A stretch of DNA of 64,000 nucleotides from an uncultured Coxiellaceae bacterium. GTDB taxonomy: Bacteria > Myxococcota_A > Polyangia > Polyangiales > Houyiibacteriaceae. The position numbers were made by a program, and so were the translations under genes. The notes below the pieces were generated by a model. That model was not told where the DNA came from and ran no database searches. It saw only the letters and a program-made list of their open reading frames with translations. The stretch spans positions 33,809-97,808 of the forward strand of contig CAXMND010000064.1 of NCBI GenBank assembly GCA_964194675.1, in the 5' to 3' direction. Positions 39,094 through 48,267 of this stretch are shown here, in pieces; position 1 is the stretch's first letter, and the number at the start of each line of letters is the position of its first letter.

Positions 39094-40482
39094 ATGACCG
39101 CCACCCACTACGACCTCCTCGTCATCGGGAGCGGGCCCGCCGGCCAGAAGGCCGCCATAGCGGCCGCCAAGCTCAAGAAGCGCGTGGCTATCGCGGAGCG
39201 GCGTCGCATGATCGGCGGTGCGTGTCTGCACACGGGGACGATTCCGAGCAAGACCCTGCGCGAGGCGATTCTCTACCTCTCGGGCTTCCGCCAGCGCACC
39301 TTCTACGGCAAGCACTACAGCGTAAAGGAGCACATCACCATCAAGGACCTCAACTTCCGGGTGGTGAGCGTGCTCAATCGCGAGCTCGAGGTGGTGCGCG
39401 CCCAGCTCAAGCGCAACGACGTGACCGTTCTCGAGGGGCCCGCGCGCTTCATCGACCCGCACACGATCGAGGTCCAGGCGGACGACGGCAAGATCACCGC
39501 CACCGCGGACCACTTCCTGATCGCCTGCGGCACGCGCCCCGCCCACCATCCCGAGATCAAGTGCGACGGCTCCCACGTCTTCGACTCGGATCAGCTCCTT
39601 CTGCGGGGCCAGAACATTCCGCGCACCGCCATCGTGGTGGGCGCCGGTGTGATCGGCCTCGAGTACGCCTCCATGTTCAGCGCCCTAAATGTGGAGGTGA
39701 CGGTCATCGACGCGCGCCCGAAGATCCTCGATTTCGTCGACGAGGAGATGATCGAGGCGCTCAGCTATCACATGCGCCGCAACAACGTCACCTTCCGCCT
39801 GGGGGAGAAGGTCGAATCGGTAGACGTGGACGACCGCGATCGCGTGGTCGCGAGCCTCGAGAGCGGCAAGCGCGTGAACGCCGAGACCCTGCTCTACACC
39901 GTGGGTCGCCAGGCGAACACCGACCGGCTGAACGTCGAGGTCGCGGGGGTCACGCCCGGCGAACGGGGCCGTCTCCAGGTGAACGGGAACTTCCAGACCC
40001 AGGTGCCCCACATCTACGCGGCGGGCGACGTGATCGGCTTTCCGTCCCTCGCCTCGGCCTCCATGGAGCAGGGCCGCTTGGCGAGCTGTCACATGTTCGA
40101 CGTGCCCTTCAAGCACACCCCCGAGCTATTCCCCTACGGGATCTACACGATTCCGGAGATCTCGATGGTGGGAAAGTCGGAGCAGGAGCTCACGAATGCC
40201 AAGGTGCCCTACGAGGTGGGTCTCTCGCGCTTCGAGGAGCTGGCCAAGGGCCAGATGCTGGGGGACGAGACGGGGCTGCTGAAGCTCATCTTCGACCCGG
40301 ATTCCCATAAGCTCCTGGGCGTGCACGTGATCGGCGAAGGCGCCTCGGAGCTGGTGCACATCGGACAAGCCGTGCTCTCGCTCGGCGGCAACATGGACTA
40401 CCTGCGGGACACGGTCTTCAACTACCCGACCCTAGCGGAGGCCTACAAGGTCGCCGCCTTGGACGGGCTCAACAAGCTCTAA
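39094..40482 (+). CDS. sthA: Soluble pyridine nucleotide transhydrogenase (Si-specific NAD(P)+ transhydrogenase)
   Basis: YDLLVIGSGPAGQKAAIAAAKL (FAD site), GGACLHTGTIPSKTLREA (SthA-type, no redox disulfide pair), and a second dinucleotide site, IVVGAGVIGLEYAS. 462 aa. Confidence 0.8.
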   Translation: MTATHYDLLVIGSGPAGQKAAIAAAKLKKRVAIAERRRMIGGACLHTGTIPSKTLREAILYLSGFRQRTFYGKHYSVKEHITIKDLNFRVVSVLNRELEVVRAQLKRNDVTVLEGPARFIDPHTIEVQADDGKITATADHFLIACGTRPAHHPEIKCDGSHVFDSDQLLLRGQNIPRTAIVVGAGVIGLEYASMFSALNVEVTVIDARPKILDFVDEEMIEALSYHMRRNNVTFRLGEKVESVDVDDRDRVVASLESGKRVNAETLLYTVGRQANTDRLNVEVAGVTPGERGRLQVNGNFQTQVPHIYAAGDVIGFPSLASASMEQGRLASCHMFDVPFKHTPELFPYGIYTIPEISMVGKSEQELTNAKVPYEVGLSRFEELAKGQMLGDETGLLKLIFDPDSHKLLGVHVIGEGASELVHIGQAVLSLGGNMDYLRDTVFNYPTLAEAYKVAALDGLNKL

Positions 40483-40544
40483 GGTCCGCACCCGGGACCA
40501 GACAGATCCGACCGTCGATAGAGCGCGCCATTTTCCGCGTCCGA

Positions 40545-41192
40545 CTACGGAATCAGTTTCTCTTCTTTGAGCTTCTTCGCGACTGCTGCGGTCATCGAGG
40601 CGCGGGCGTCGGGGATCGACTCTGGGTTGACCGTTTCCGATTGGCCTGACCAGACCAGGCCGCTGTTGGCGACGGAATAGAGGTTGGTTTCCAATCGGAA
40701 CGTCGTGCTGGTTTTGAAGTAGCCCGGCTCGTGCACCTTGGCGTAGGTGGTGCCGTAGAATCCGTAGTACCCGCGTCCGTACCCGGATGCGTAGTACGAC
40801 GTTCTCGGGTTGTAGTAGGTCGATCCGGGCACGTACTCTTGGTCCTTCTCGACGCTCAGCAGGCGGGTGATCAGCACGCCATCGAAGCCCCCGCCTTCGA
40901 TTGCCCGTTGGATCTGTTCTTCGCTCAGCTGAGTGCTCTGCGGCAAGACGCTCCAACTCGCCTGGGCCGCGCCGCCCGCCTCTACGAGCGCCTTGGCAAA
41001 GGCATCCTCGAAGGCCTGCCGGTTCTCCTGGTTCTCAGCGACCCCGATGACCAACACTTTCTTGAAGACCGTCTGTTCGTAGCCTGGGTTACGCCAGCTC
41101 TGTGGGATGTTGGTTTGGGTAGAGCTGCAGGCGGCGAGGGAGGAAACCGCGACGACGGCAATCAGGAATTTGGAGAGGGGAAACGTTTTCAC
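40545..41192 (-). CDS. Hypothetical lipoprotein with Tyr/Gly-rich segment
   Basis: I take the GTG start at 41192 (VKTFPLSKFLIAVVAVSSLAACSS, lipobox). 215 aa. ...YYNPRTSYYASGYGRGYYGFYGTTY... The longer track ORF to 41510 crosses the hexamer array and the divergent GST gene. Confidence 0.5.
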   Translation of the reverse strand: MKTFPLSKFLIAVVAVSSLAACSSTQTNIPQSWRNPGYEQTVFKKVLVIGVAENQENRQAFEDAFAKALVEAGGAAQASWSVLPQSTQLSEEQIQRAIEGGGFDGVLITRLLSVEKDQEYVPGSTYYNPRTSYYASGYGRGYYGFYGTTYAKVHEPGYFKTSTTFRLETNLYSVANSGLVWSGQSETVNPESIPDARASMTAAVAKKLKEEKLIP

Positions 41193-41207
41193 GCGGGAAG
41201 GGTAGGA

Positions 41208-41237
41208 CAGCGACAGCGACAGTGCCAGTGTCATGCT
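41208..41237. repeat. Short period-6 array, CAGYGN type (array 5)
   Basis: CAGCGA CAGCGA CAGTGC CAGTGT CATGCT. It lies in the divergent lipoprotein/GST intergenic region. Confidence 0.7.
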
Positions 41238-41345
41238 GGGATGGAGTGGGCACTGCGAGTTCGCCGACGCCCCACGCACGATCCGTTGTTGTCTACGCCC
41301 GTGTCGGGCGCTAGCGTTCTGATCCCACGTTTGAGGAGGCCCCCG

Positions 41346-42116
41346 ATGCTCACGCTCTACGAAAACGCTTTCAGTCCCTTCGCCCGCAAAGTGAAGCTTG
41401 TGCTCGATTACAAGGGGCTCGAGTTCAACATGGTCGACGGCCTCACCCGCAGAAATAACGAGAAACTCGCGGCGGTGAACAAACGCCTCGAAGTACCGGT
41501 GCTCGATCATGACGGTCTCATCGTCGTGAACTCAGCGGACATCGTGGCGTACCTCGAACGCGTCTTTCCCGACTCGCCCGTCTACCCGGGCGATGACAAA
41601 ACATGGGTGAAGGCTCGCGCCTGGGAGCGGTGCGCGGACACCGTCATCGACCCGATCTTGGTCGACATTAGCTATTGGGTGTGGGCTGACCGAAAGGACA
41701 AGATGCCCGACGGCCTCCTCGACGTGGCGCGGGCCGACTTGGAACCCATCTACGATGTGCTGAACCAAGAGCTCACCAATCGAGACTGGGTCTGTGGGGA
41801 ACTCTCGATCGCTGACATCGCTCTCTTCCCGCACCTCAGCGGCGCCCGAATGCTCGGAGTCCCCTTCGAAAAATCGCGCCACTCAAATCTGCTCGCTTGG
41901 TACAAACGTTGTCGGGAGACGCAGATCTTCGCCAACGACATTGCACGGACCAAGGCGTATCTGGCCGAACCATCAAAGTTGGACATCGAGCGGCAAAGGA
42001 TCTTCTGGCGAGGCGACCGAATCGAATGGATCCTCGCGCGCGGCTACCACGATTGGTTCGTCAAGGAAATCGAGGATGGCAGGGTTTTGTGGCCACGAAT
42101 CGGCGTGCCCATGTAG
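41346..42116 (+). CDS. Glutathione S-transferase family protein
   Basis: MLTLYENAFSPFARKVKLVLDYKGL...LEVPVLDHDGLIVVNSADIVAYLE is the thioredoxin-like GST N-domain, followed by a helical C-domain. GAGGAGG lies 6 nt before the ATG. Confidence 0.8.
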   Translation: MLTLYENAFSPFARKVKLVLDYKGLEFNMVDGLTRRNNEKLAAVNKRLEVPVLDHDGLIVVNSADIVAYLERVFPDSPVYPGDDKTWVKARAWERCADTVIDPILVDISYWVWADRKDKMPDGLLDVARADLEPIYDVLNQELTNRDWVCGELSIADIALFPHLSGARMLGVPFEKSRHSNLLAWYKRCRETQIFANDIARTKAYLAEPSKLDIERQRIFWRGDRIEWILARGYHDWFVKEIEDGRVLWPRIGVPM

Positions 42117-42203
42117 GCAGGAAGTCTGCCCACGGACGTGGCCGATGAGAAAGATCGCCGGCCTTCACCGAGCCAGCCGCTAGGATACGCTTCGCTATGG
42201 CGC

Positions 42204-43673
42204 TTAGGGGAAGGGCGGAGGTTGGAATCCGCCTCTTACTTCGGCGAGGAGTTCCGCGAAACGAATCGTCGTCTTGTCTCCCAAGTACGGGCCGATGATT
42301 TGGATGTTCACCGGGAGGCGATCCGAGGTGATGCCTACCGGTGCGCTGGTTGCTGGCAGATAGGCAGAGGTTGCGAGGGCGATCCACGGGATGTGGTCCA
42401 TATAGGGGCGTTTCTTTCCATCGACGGTGATCGTCCGAGATAGGAGGTTGCCTTCCGTCTGGTGCGGAAATGCCGTTACTGGCGTGATCGGGGTGAGCAG
42501 CACGTCGATCTCTTTGAACAGTTCGTGGCACTGCCAACGCAATCGTGTGCGACCCTCGTCGGCGCGATTCCAGTCCGCGTGGGAGAGCTGCAGGCCGCGC
42601 ACGGCGTTCTTCGTGAGCAGACTCGGGTTCATTCCCATCCGGTCCATCAGCGCGTAGTAGGGCGACAGCGTGCGCGCCAGCACCTTCAGTGGTTTGGGCA
42701 TATCTGTTCCGACAACACCCAGCAGCAACCGGACATAGAGCGGGACGATGCTCTCCAGTCGAAACGGCAGGTCGAGCTCCACGAGCTGCACTTGGGGCCG
42801 GAGCGCTTCGATCGTGGCTTCGAGCTCGGTGCGGACCTTCGAGTCGACGGGGCACAGCGGATCATCGAGCCAGTACGCGACCCGGAACTCCTTCAGCGTT
42901 TGGGCTCGCGGGGGAGGAAGCTCGAGCGACCAACCGCCCCGATCGAGTGTATCGGGGCCCGCGATGACATCGAGCGCAAGCGCCAGATCGCTCGCGGTGC
43001 GGGCCATTGGGCCGAGCACCGCGAGATCCGGCTCACCCTTGGTCCCGGGCGGTCCAGGGATGTGCCCTCGGGGTGGCACGATCCCATGGGTGGTCTTGTG
43101 CCCATAGACACCGCAGGAGCTCGCGGGCGTCCGGATCGACCCGGCGATGTCGCTTCCAATCTCTAGGGGCACGAAACCTGCGGCGAGCGACGCTGCAGAG
43201 CCACCAGAAGAACCACCCACGGTGCGCGTCACGTCCCAGGGATTGTTGGTGCGTCCGTACACCGCATTGAAGCTTTGCCAGTCGCTCGCGTAGAGGGGGA
43301 GGTTGGTTTTTCCAAGAACGATGGCGCCCGCATGGACCACGCGCTGAACCGCCACTGCGTCTTCGGCGGGCACGTGACCGCGAAGCTCGGGTGCGCCGGA
43401 TGTCGTCACCAAGCCCGCCGTCTCCAACGAGTCTTTGATGGTCATCGGTAAACCATGCAGCGCACCGAGATCCGTCCCGCTCGATCGTGCCGAATCCGCC
43501 GCGCGCGCACGCTCCCGCGCTCGTTCGTAGTCCTTCGCGACGACGGCGTTGAGCTTGGGGTTCAAGGCCTCGATGCGCGCGATACAAGAGTCGACAAGCT
43601 CCAAGGAGGTGACCTCACCGCTTTGGAGCAGCGCCAAACACTCCGAAGCGGACCGGTAGCTGAGCTGTTCCAT
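42204..43673 (-). CDS. Amidase-signature family amidase
   Basis: GGSSGGSAASLAAG is the AS motif. The protein also has ...LHGLPMTIKDS... and is 489 aa. Confidence 0.88.
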   Translation of the reverse strand: MEQLSYRSASECLALLQSGEVTSLELVDSCIARIEALNPKLNAVVAKDYERARERARAADSARSSGTDLGALHGLPMTIKDSLETAGLVTTSGAPELRGHVPAEDAVAVQRVVHAGAIVLGKTNLPLYASDWQSFNAVYGRTNNPWDVTRTVGGSSGGSAASLAAGFVPLEIGSDIAGSIRTPASSCGVYGHKTTHGIVPPRGHIPGPPGTKGEPDLAVLGPMARTASDLALALDVIAGPDTLDRGGWSLELPPPRAQTLKEFRVAYWLDDPLCPVDSKVRTELEATIEALRPQVQLVELDLPFRLESIVPLYVRLLLGVVGTDMPKPLKVLARTLSPYYALMDRMGMNPSLLTKNAVRGLQLSHADWNRADEGRTRLRWQCHELFKEIDVLLTPITPVTAFPHQTEGNLLSRTITVDGKKRPYMDHIPWIALATSAYLPATSAPVGITSDRLPVNIQIIGPYLGDKTTIRFAELLAEVRGGFQPPPFP

Positions 43674-43716
43674 GCACGGAGCATACGCGAGCAGCGGTGC
43701 ATCTTGCTAGCGGGAG

Positions 43717-43770
43717 GCACTGGCATCGACACCGGCACGGGCGCTGGCGCTGGGACGGGCGCTGTCGGCG
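43717..43770. repeat. Degenerate period-6 array, reverse form (array 6)
   Basis: GCACTG GCATCG ACACCG GCACGG GCGCTG GCGCTG GGACGG GCGCTG TCGGCG. It lies between the prs stop and the amidase start. Confidence 0.65.
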
Positions 43771-43773
43771 ATC

Positions 43774-44700
43774 CTAGACGCTCTCTTCGAGGAACTGTGC
43801 GATCAGGTCCGCCACCGAATACACCCGTAGAAAATCCCCGTCTGCGAGCCCATGCACGTGGGGCCTCGTGTTTGTGCACGCGATTCCCCTCAAGACCCCG
43901 CTGTCCTGCAGCTTCCCGAGTGATTCCTGGGCGAAGACGCCGTGGGTGCATACCGCGTACACTTCGCTTGCGCCCGCCTCTTTGTAGGACCGTGCAGCAG
44001 AAATGAGTGATCCGCCTGTGCGGATCATGTCGTCGTAGATCACCACCGAGCGACCTTCGACGTCTGCGGCAAGTGCGGTGACCTCGATTTCGGTTTCGGA
44101 CAACCGACGCTTGAAAACGAATGCGGCGTCGACTTGGAGGTCGTTTGCGAGTCTCTCGACCCATTTGGCTCGGCCCGCGTCTGTTGCTCCGAGAACGAAG
44201 TCCTCTTCGCCGAAGTCACGAATCGCTTGAAGGACCACCGACCGTGCCTGAAGGTGCACGGGTCGAATGTCGCCGGTAAAGTATTGCGGGATGCCCTCCG
44301 AGTGGAGGTCGATCAGAACGACACGGTTGCCCGAGCCGGCCATGGGAATCGAAGACAGAAGCCTCGCGCGGTTTTTGGCGGCGACGATCTCACCGCGCTT
44401 CGAGGCACGTTCCATCGTCTGATAGCCAAACCAGGGGAGCACGAGCGTCAACGTATGGGCTCCTTGCTGCACCAGACCCGACGCGAGGTCGTAGATTTCC
44501 AACGTGTCGATGTCGTCGATGGTGCCGCCCACCAGCGTGACGTCGCGCCTGGCCACGTCGGTTTCGATCCGGCGATAGCGCTCTCCGTCGGGGAACACCT
44601 TGCGTTCGACGACTCCCGGGTCGAACCCCCCCGCGCCGGCGATGTCCTCGCCAAGCTCTTGGTAGCGTTCGGTCGCAAATAGGAGCATGGGCTGTTTCAT
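43774..44700 (-). CDS. prs: Ribose-phosphate pyrophosphokinase family protein
   Basis: ...KVFPDGERYRRI..., ...NRVVLIDLHSEGIPQYF... and the PRPP-binding loop VVIYDDMIRTGGSLISA. 308 aa. Confidence 0.75.
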   Translation of the reverse strand: MKQPMLLFATERYQELGEDIAGAGGFDPGVVERKVFPDGERYRRIETDVARRDVTLVGGTIDDIDTLEIYDLASGLVQQGAHTLTLVLPWFGYQTMERASKRGEIVAAKNRARLLSSIPMAGSGNRVVLIDLHSEGIPQYFTGDIRPVHLQARSVVLQAIRDFGEEDFVLGATDAGRAKWVERLANDLQVDAAFVFKRRLSETEIEVTALAADVEGRSVVIYDDMIRTGGSLISAARSYKEAGASEVYAVCTHGVFAQESLGKLQDSGVLRGIACTNTRPHVHGLADGDFLRVYSVADLIAQFLEESV

Positions 44701-44738
44701 CGTCGTAGCCTCATGACAACACAGGATCGATTTGCTGG

Positions 44739-45602
44739 CTAGCGCTTGGCGAGCACCTCGAGAAGAACGTCCGGAACGTCGGTTACGAGCGCATCGACCC
44801 CCAAGTCCAGCAGCTCGCGCATCTCAGGCGGGTCGTCGATCGTCCAGACATGCACTTGAATTCCGTGATGATGCGCGGCCTCGATGAACCGCGGCGTGAC
44901 GATCCGGAGGTGGCGAAAGGTGGCGGGAATCTGCAGTGCATCGAACGCGAAAGTTGCGTGCTTCCACGTACCCGAAAGAACTCGCATCCAAAACCGTAAG
45001 GCTTCGCGACGGCTTGCAGACGTCGCCACCCGGCCTTGGCTGAGCTGGCGAAACGCATTGACGGACTCATCGTGCTCCGACGCGACCAGGACCCGGTCGT
45101 AGATTCCATGGTGCACGATGAAATCCCAGAGGCGCTGCGCCATGGATGGGTCTTGGGGCTTCATATCGAGGTTGTAGCGAAGACCGGGATCGAGTGAGAG
45201 CGCCTCTTCGAGCGTCGGAATGCAAACACCGTTGTGGCGATAGGGGTGGTGGCCTCCCCGAACGAAGCGGTCGGCGGCGTCGAGTTTCTGTACCTCGGCC
45301 AGCGTGTGGTCGAGCACTTTGCCATGCCCATTGGTCGTGCGCTCGACCGTCTCATCGTGGAAACACATGAAGTGCCCATCGGCCGTTTCGCGCAGATCGG
45401 TCTCGATGTGCCAACAGCCGAGGTCGGCGGCCGATCGAAATGCTAACAGGGTGTTTTCCGGCCAGCGTCGCCCCCCGCCACGGTGCGCAAACGGGAATGG
45501 CGAAGTGGGGCCGAAATACGGGCGAGGCATCGAGGCCGACAGCATACCGCCGTTTGCCCCAACACGGGCGTAACACTTGTCACCCGTGGAGTTTCTGTGC
45601 AT
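44739..45602 (-). CDS. Glycerophosphodiester phosphodiesterase family protein
   Basis: FAHRGGGRRWPENTLLAFRSA...IETDLRETADGHFMCFHD are the GDPD catalytic motifs. The true start may be an internal Met (45545 or 45530). Confidence 0.85.
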   Translation of the reverse strand: MHRNSTGDKCYARVGANGGMLSASMPRPYFGPTSPFPFAHRGGGRRWPENTLLAFRSAADLGCWHIETDLRETADGHFMCFHDETVERTTNGHGKVLDHTLAEVQKLDAADRFVRGGHHPYRHNGVCIPTLEEALSLDPGLRYNLDMKPQDPSMAQRLWDFIVHHGIYDRVLVASEHDESVNAFRQLSQGRVATSASRREALRFWMRVLSGTWKHATFAFDALQIPATFRHLRIVTPRFIEAAHHHGIQVHVWTIDDPPEMRELLDLGVDALVTDVPDVLLEVLAKR

Positions 45603-45627
45603 CGTACACGGCCGAAAGGGCTATGAG

Positions 45628-46452
45628 ATGGCGAAGAGCTTGGCTGGAAAAGTTGCGATCATCACCGGGGGCGCTGGGGGAATTGGAAAAGCGATAGCGG
45701 AGGAGATGACCGAGCGTGGATGCTACGTCGTTCTTGCGGATATCAACGAAGAGCTTCTCCAGGCGACGGTGTCGGAACTGCGCGCAACCGGAGCCCAAAT
45801 CGATGCAAAGACGGTGGATGTTCGTGATGCGGGACAGGTGCAGAGCCTCGTCGGGGCGGCCTTTCGAGAGCTCGGTCGGGTCGACTACATGTTCAACAAC
45901 GCGGGGATCAACGTCCTGGCAGAGCTTCGGGATACTTCGCTCGAGGACTGGAACCTGCTGATCGACGTCAACCTACGCGGTGTCGTGCACGGCGTGCACG
46001 CGGCATTCCCCCTCATGTGCGAGCAGGGCTTTGGCCACATCATCAACACCGCTTCGGTTGCGGGAGTGGCACCGATCCCGGCCGAAGGCGCCTACGCTGC
46101 CACCAAGCATGCGGTGGTCGGGCTTTCGACGACGCTTCGAATCGAGGCAGCCGCGTTCGGCGTCAAGGTCAGCGTAGTATGCCCTGGTGCCGTCGACACA
46201 CCGATCCTCTACTCTTCGAAACACGTGAAGTTCGATGCTGACACGATCGTCGAGTTGTTCCCCGAGAAACCCATGCCACCACGGCGCGCCGCACAGTTGA
46301 TTCTACGCGGTATCGAACGCGGTCGCTTTTTCATCGTGATCTCTAAAACGGCAAACCTATTCTGGCGAGCGTACCGGCTCGCTCCCGAGAGCTCGCTCTC
46401 GCTCGGGCAGCTGGCAATGAAACGTATCCGGGCGATCAAGCGGGACGCGTAG
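45628..46452 (+). CDS. SDR-family oxidoreductase
   Basis: I take the start at ATG 45628. Motifs are TGGAGGIGKA (TGxxxGxG), NNAG, and the catalytic YAATKHA (YxxxK). Confidence 0.88.
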   Translation: MAKSLAGKVAIITGGAGGIGKAIAEEMTERGCYVVLADINEELLQATVSELRATGAQIDAKTVDVRDAGQVQSLVGAAFRELGRVDYMFNNAGINVLAELRDTSLEDWNLLIDVNLRGVVHGVHAAFPLMCEQGFGHIINTASVAGVAPIPAEGAYAATKHAVVGLSTTLRIEAAAFGVKVSVVCPGAVDTPILYSSKHVKFDADTIVELFPEKPMPPRRAAQLILRGIERGRFFIVISKTANLFWRAYRLAPESSLSLGQLAMKRIRAIKRDA

Positions 46453-46453
46453 C

Positions 46454-47398
46454 TCAGCGGAACTCCTGCCCAATCCCGATCACGCCAAGTGCACCCTCGT
46501 GCATCCGGAACTCTGCGGGCCCCACGCCCGGGGCCTCGCCATCGATGTCCATGTAAGCGGTGTTTGCGGTCACATCGACCTCGACGTGCTTGCCACGGAA
46601 CGTACTGACCGTGGATGACTCGATGTGGGTCCCCTTGTAGAGGCCTGCCATGACGGGGAGGCCTCGCAGCGTGGAGGTCGCGCGCATCACGATGATATCA
46701 AACTCACCGTCTGCAACTCGCGCATTCGGGGCGAACATCATGCCACCTCCTGCCCAACGTCCGTTGCACACGCACACGACACTCACGTCGTGTTCCCCTC
46801 GGTCTTCTCCGTCGATCCGCAGACGTATGTGGGCGGGCTTGTATTTGAGTTGCGCGCGCATCGTTGCCACCAAGTACTTGGAGGCCCCGCTGCGGCGGGA
46901 CTTGGACGCTGCGACGTAGCGGTCGACCAGTCCGCTCATTCCCATTGAAGTGATGTTGAGAAAGTAGCGACTCGCTCGTCCACCATCATCGTGTGCGTAC
47001 TCGACCCAACCGATGTCGATCGGAACTGGCTCTCCATCGCGAATGACTGCGCATCCGCGTCCGAGCTCGTTCGTCCCGTCGATCATCTTCCGAAAGTCAC
47101 CCCCGGTTCCGGCGTGCAAGATGCCGAGTGCAACGTCGTGGTTGCGCCCCGACTGCATGATGCCATCGACGATCTCGCTGTGTGTTCCATCGCCTCCGAA
47201 CGACACGATGGTTCGCGCGCCCCCGGCAGCTGCGTCGCGTGCAATCTCCGTCCCGTGCCCTACCGATTCAGTCAGCCGCAATGCGACCGGGCCGAGTGCC
47301 TCTTGAATTTGGGCACTGAGTGCCGGCCAATTGTTCCCCACGAAACCGTACCGTGCGGCTGGGTTTGCGATGACAAGGGTTTTTTCGGGCTCGAACAT
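46454..47398 (-). CDS. Diacylglycerol-kinase-family lipid kinase (YegS/BmrU-like)
   Basis: ...VSFGGDGTHSEIVDG... is the GGDGT motif. 314 aa. Confidence 0.85.
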   Translation of the reverse strand: MFEPEKTLVIANPAARYGFVGNNWPALSAQIQEALGPVALRLTESVGHGTEIARDAAAGGARTIVSFGGDGTHSEIVDGIMQSGRNHDVALGILHAGTGGDFRKMIDGTNELGRGCAVIRDGEPVPIDIGWVEYAHDDGGRASRYFLNITSMGMSGLVDRYVAASKSRRSGASKYLVATMRAQLKYKPAHIRLRIDGEDRGEHDVSVVCVCNGRWAGGGMMFAPNARVADGEFDIIVMRATSTLRGLPVMAGLYKGTHIESSTVSTFRGKHVEVDVTANTAYMDIDGEAPGVGPAEFRMHEGALGVIGIGQEFR

Positions 47399-47523
47399 CG
47401 TTGAAGGCCTCGTACCGCATTTCGTCTGTTTCCGGTAGACGCAACAACAGCACCCACGCCACCCCGTAAAGCGACTTCGTCGCCACGGAGCAAGGCGCCA
47501 CCCTGGAATCAGCGAATCCCGTG

Positions 47524-47542
47524 GGCGATGCGAAGCGTCGCC
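47524..47542 (-). terminator. Candidate hairpin terminator downstream of the peroxiredoxin gene
   Basis: GGCGATGC-GAA-GCGTCGCC forms 8 bp with one mismatch, 9 nt after the stop. There is no U-tract, so support is weak. Confidence 0.3.
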
Positions 47543-47551
47543 TTTACGGGG

Positions 47552-48190
47552 CTACTTGTTGGGCTGCGGTGTCATCCGCAGGTAGGGCCTGAGCTCGCGG
47601 TGCCCCTTCGGGAACTTCTGCGCGATCTCGTCTGGGTCGGTGATCGAGGGGACGATCACGACGTCGTCGCCGTCCTGCCAGTTAGCCGGCGTTGCGACCT
47701 GGTGGCTGTCCGTGAGCTGCAGGGCGTCGAGCACGCGCAAGACCTCGTCGAAATTGCGTCCGGTAGCGGGCGGGTACGTGATGGTCGCGCGAACCTTCTT
47801 GTTGGGGTCGATGAAGAACACCGATCGGACGGTCACCTTCGCGTCGGCTTCTGGGTGGATCATGTTGTAGAGCGTCGCGACCTTTTGGTTCGGGTCGGCG
47901 ACGATCGGGAAGTTCATGCGAACGTCTTGGGTGTCTTCGATGTCTTTGATCCATTCCTCGTGCGAGTCGAGCGGATCGACGCTGATGGCGAGTGCCTTGG
48001 CGCCGCGTTGCGCGAGTTTGTCCTTGAGCTTGGAGGCGACACCGAGCTCGGTCGTGCACACGGGGGTGAAATCGGCAGGGTGCGAGAAGAAGATCACCCA
48101 GCCGTCGCCTGCCCAATCGTGAAAGCGAATCGTGCCTTCCGTGGTCTCTGCTTCGAAATCCGGTGCAGTGGTTCCTAACCGTAGGCTCAT
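47552..48190 (-). CDS. 1-Cys peroxiredoxin (Prx6 type)
   Basis: MSLRLGTTAPDFEAETTEGTIRFHDW...FFSHPADFTPVCTTELG. 212 aa. Confidence 0.92.
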   Translation of the reverse strand: MSLRLGTTAPDFEAETTEGTIRFHDWAGDGWVIFFSHPADFTPVCTTELGVASKLKDKLAQRGAKALAISVDPLDSHEEWIKDIEDTQDVRMNFPIVADPNQKVATLYNMIHPEADAKVTVRSVFFIDPNKKVRATITYPPATGRNFDEVLRVLDALQLTDSHQVATPANWQDGDDVVIVPSITDPDEIAQKFPKGHRELRPYLRMTPQPNK

Positions 48191-48267
48191 TGGCTTGCTC
48201 CTTGGAGTTGGTGGGGTCTAGATAGATGGCTCCCTTTCGTGTGCCTCGTCAAGGAGGATTCGAGACA

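Noticed and set aside
38814-40310. 498-aa + strand ORF in an alternative frame over cytochrome c and sthA
   Set aside because: It overlaps sthA in another frame and has an Arg/Gly/Pro-rich nonsense composition. It is a by-product of the very high GC3 of sthA.
40731-41345. A 205-codon N-terminal extension of the GST ORF, and the extension of the lipoprotein ORF to 41510
   Set aside because: The two extensions overlap each other on opposite strands and cross array 5. Both genes have good internal starts: ATG 41346 with GAGGAGG, and GTG 41192 before a lipoprotein signal.
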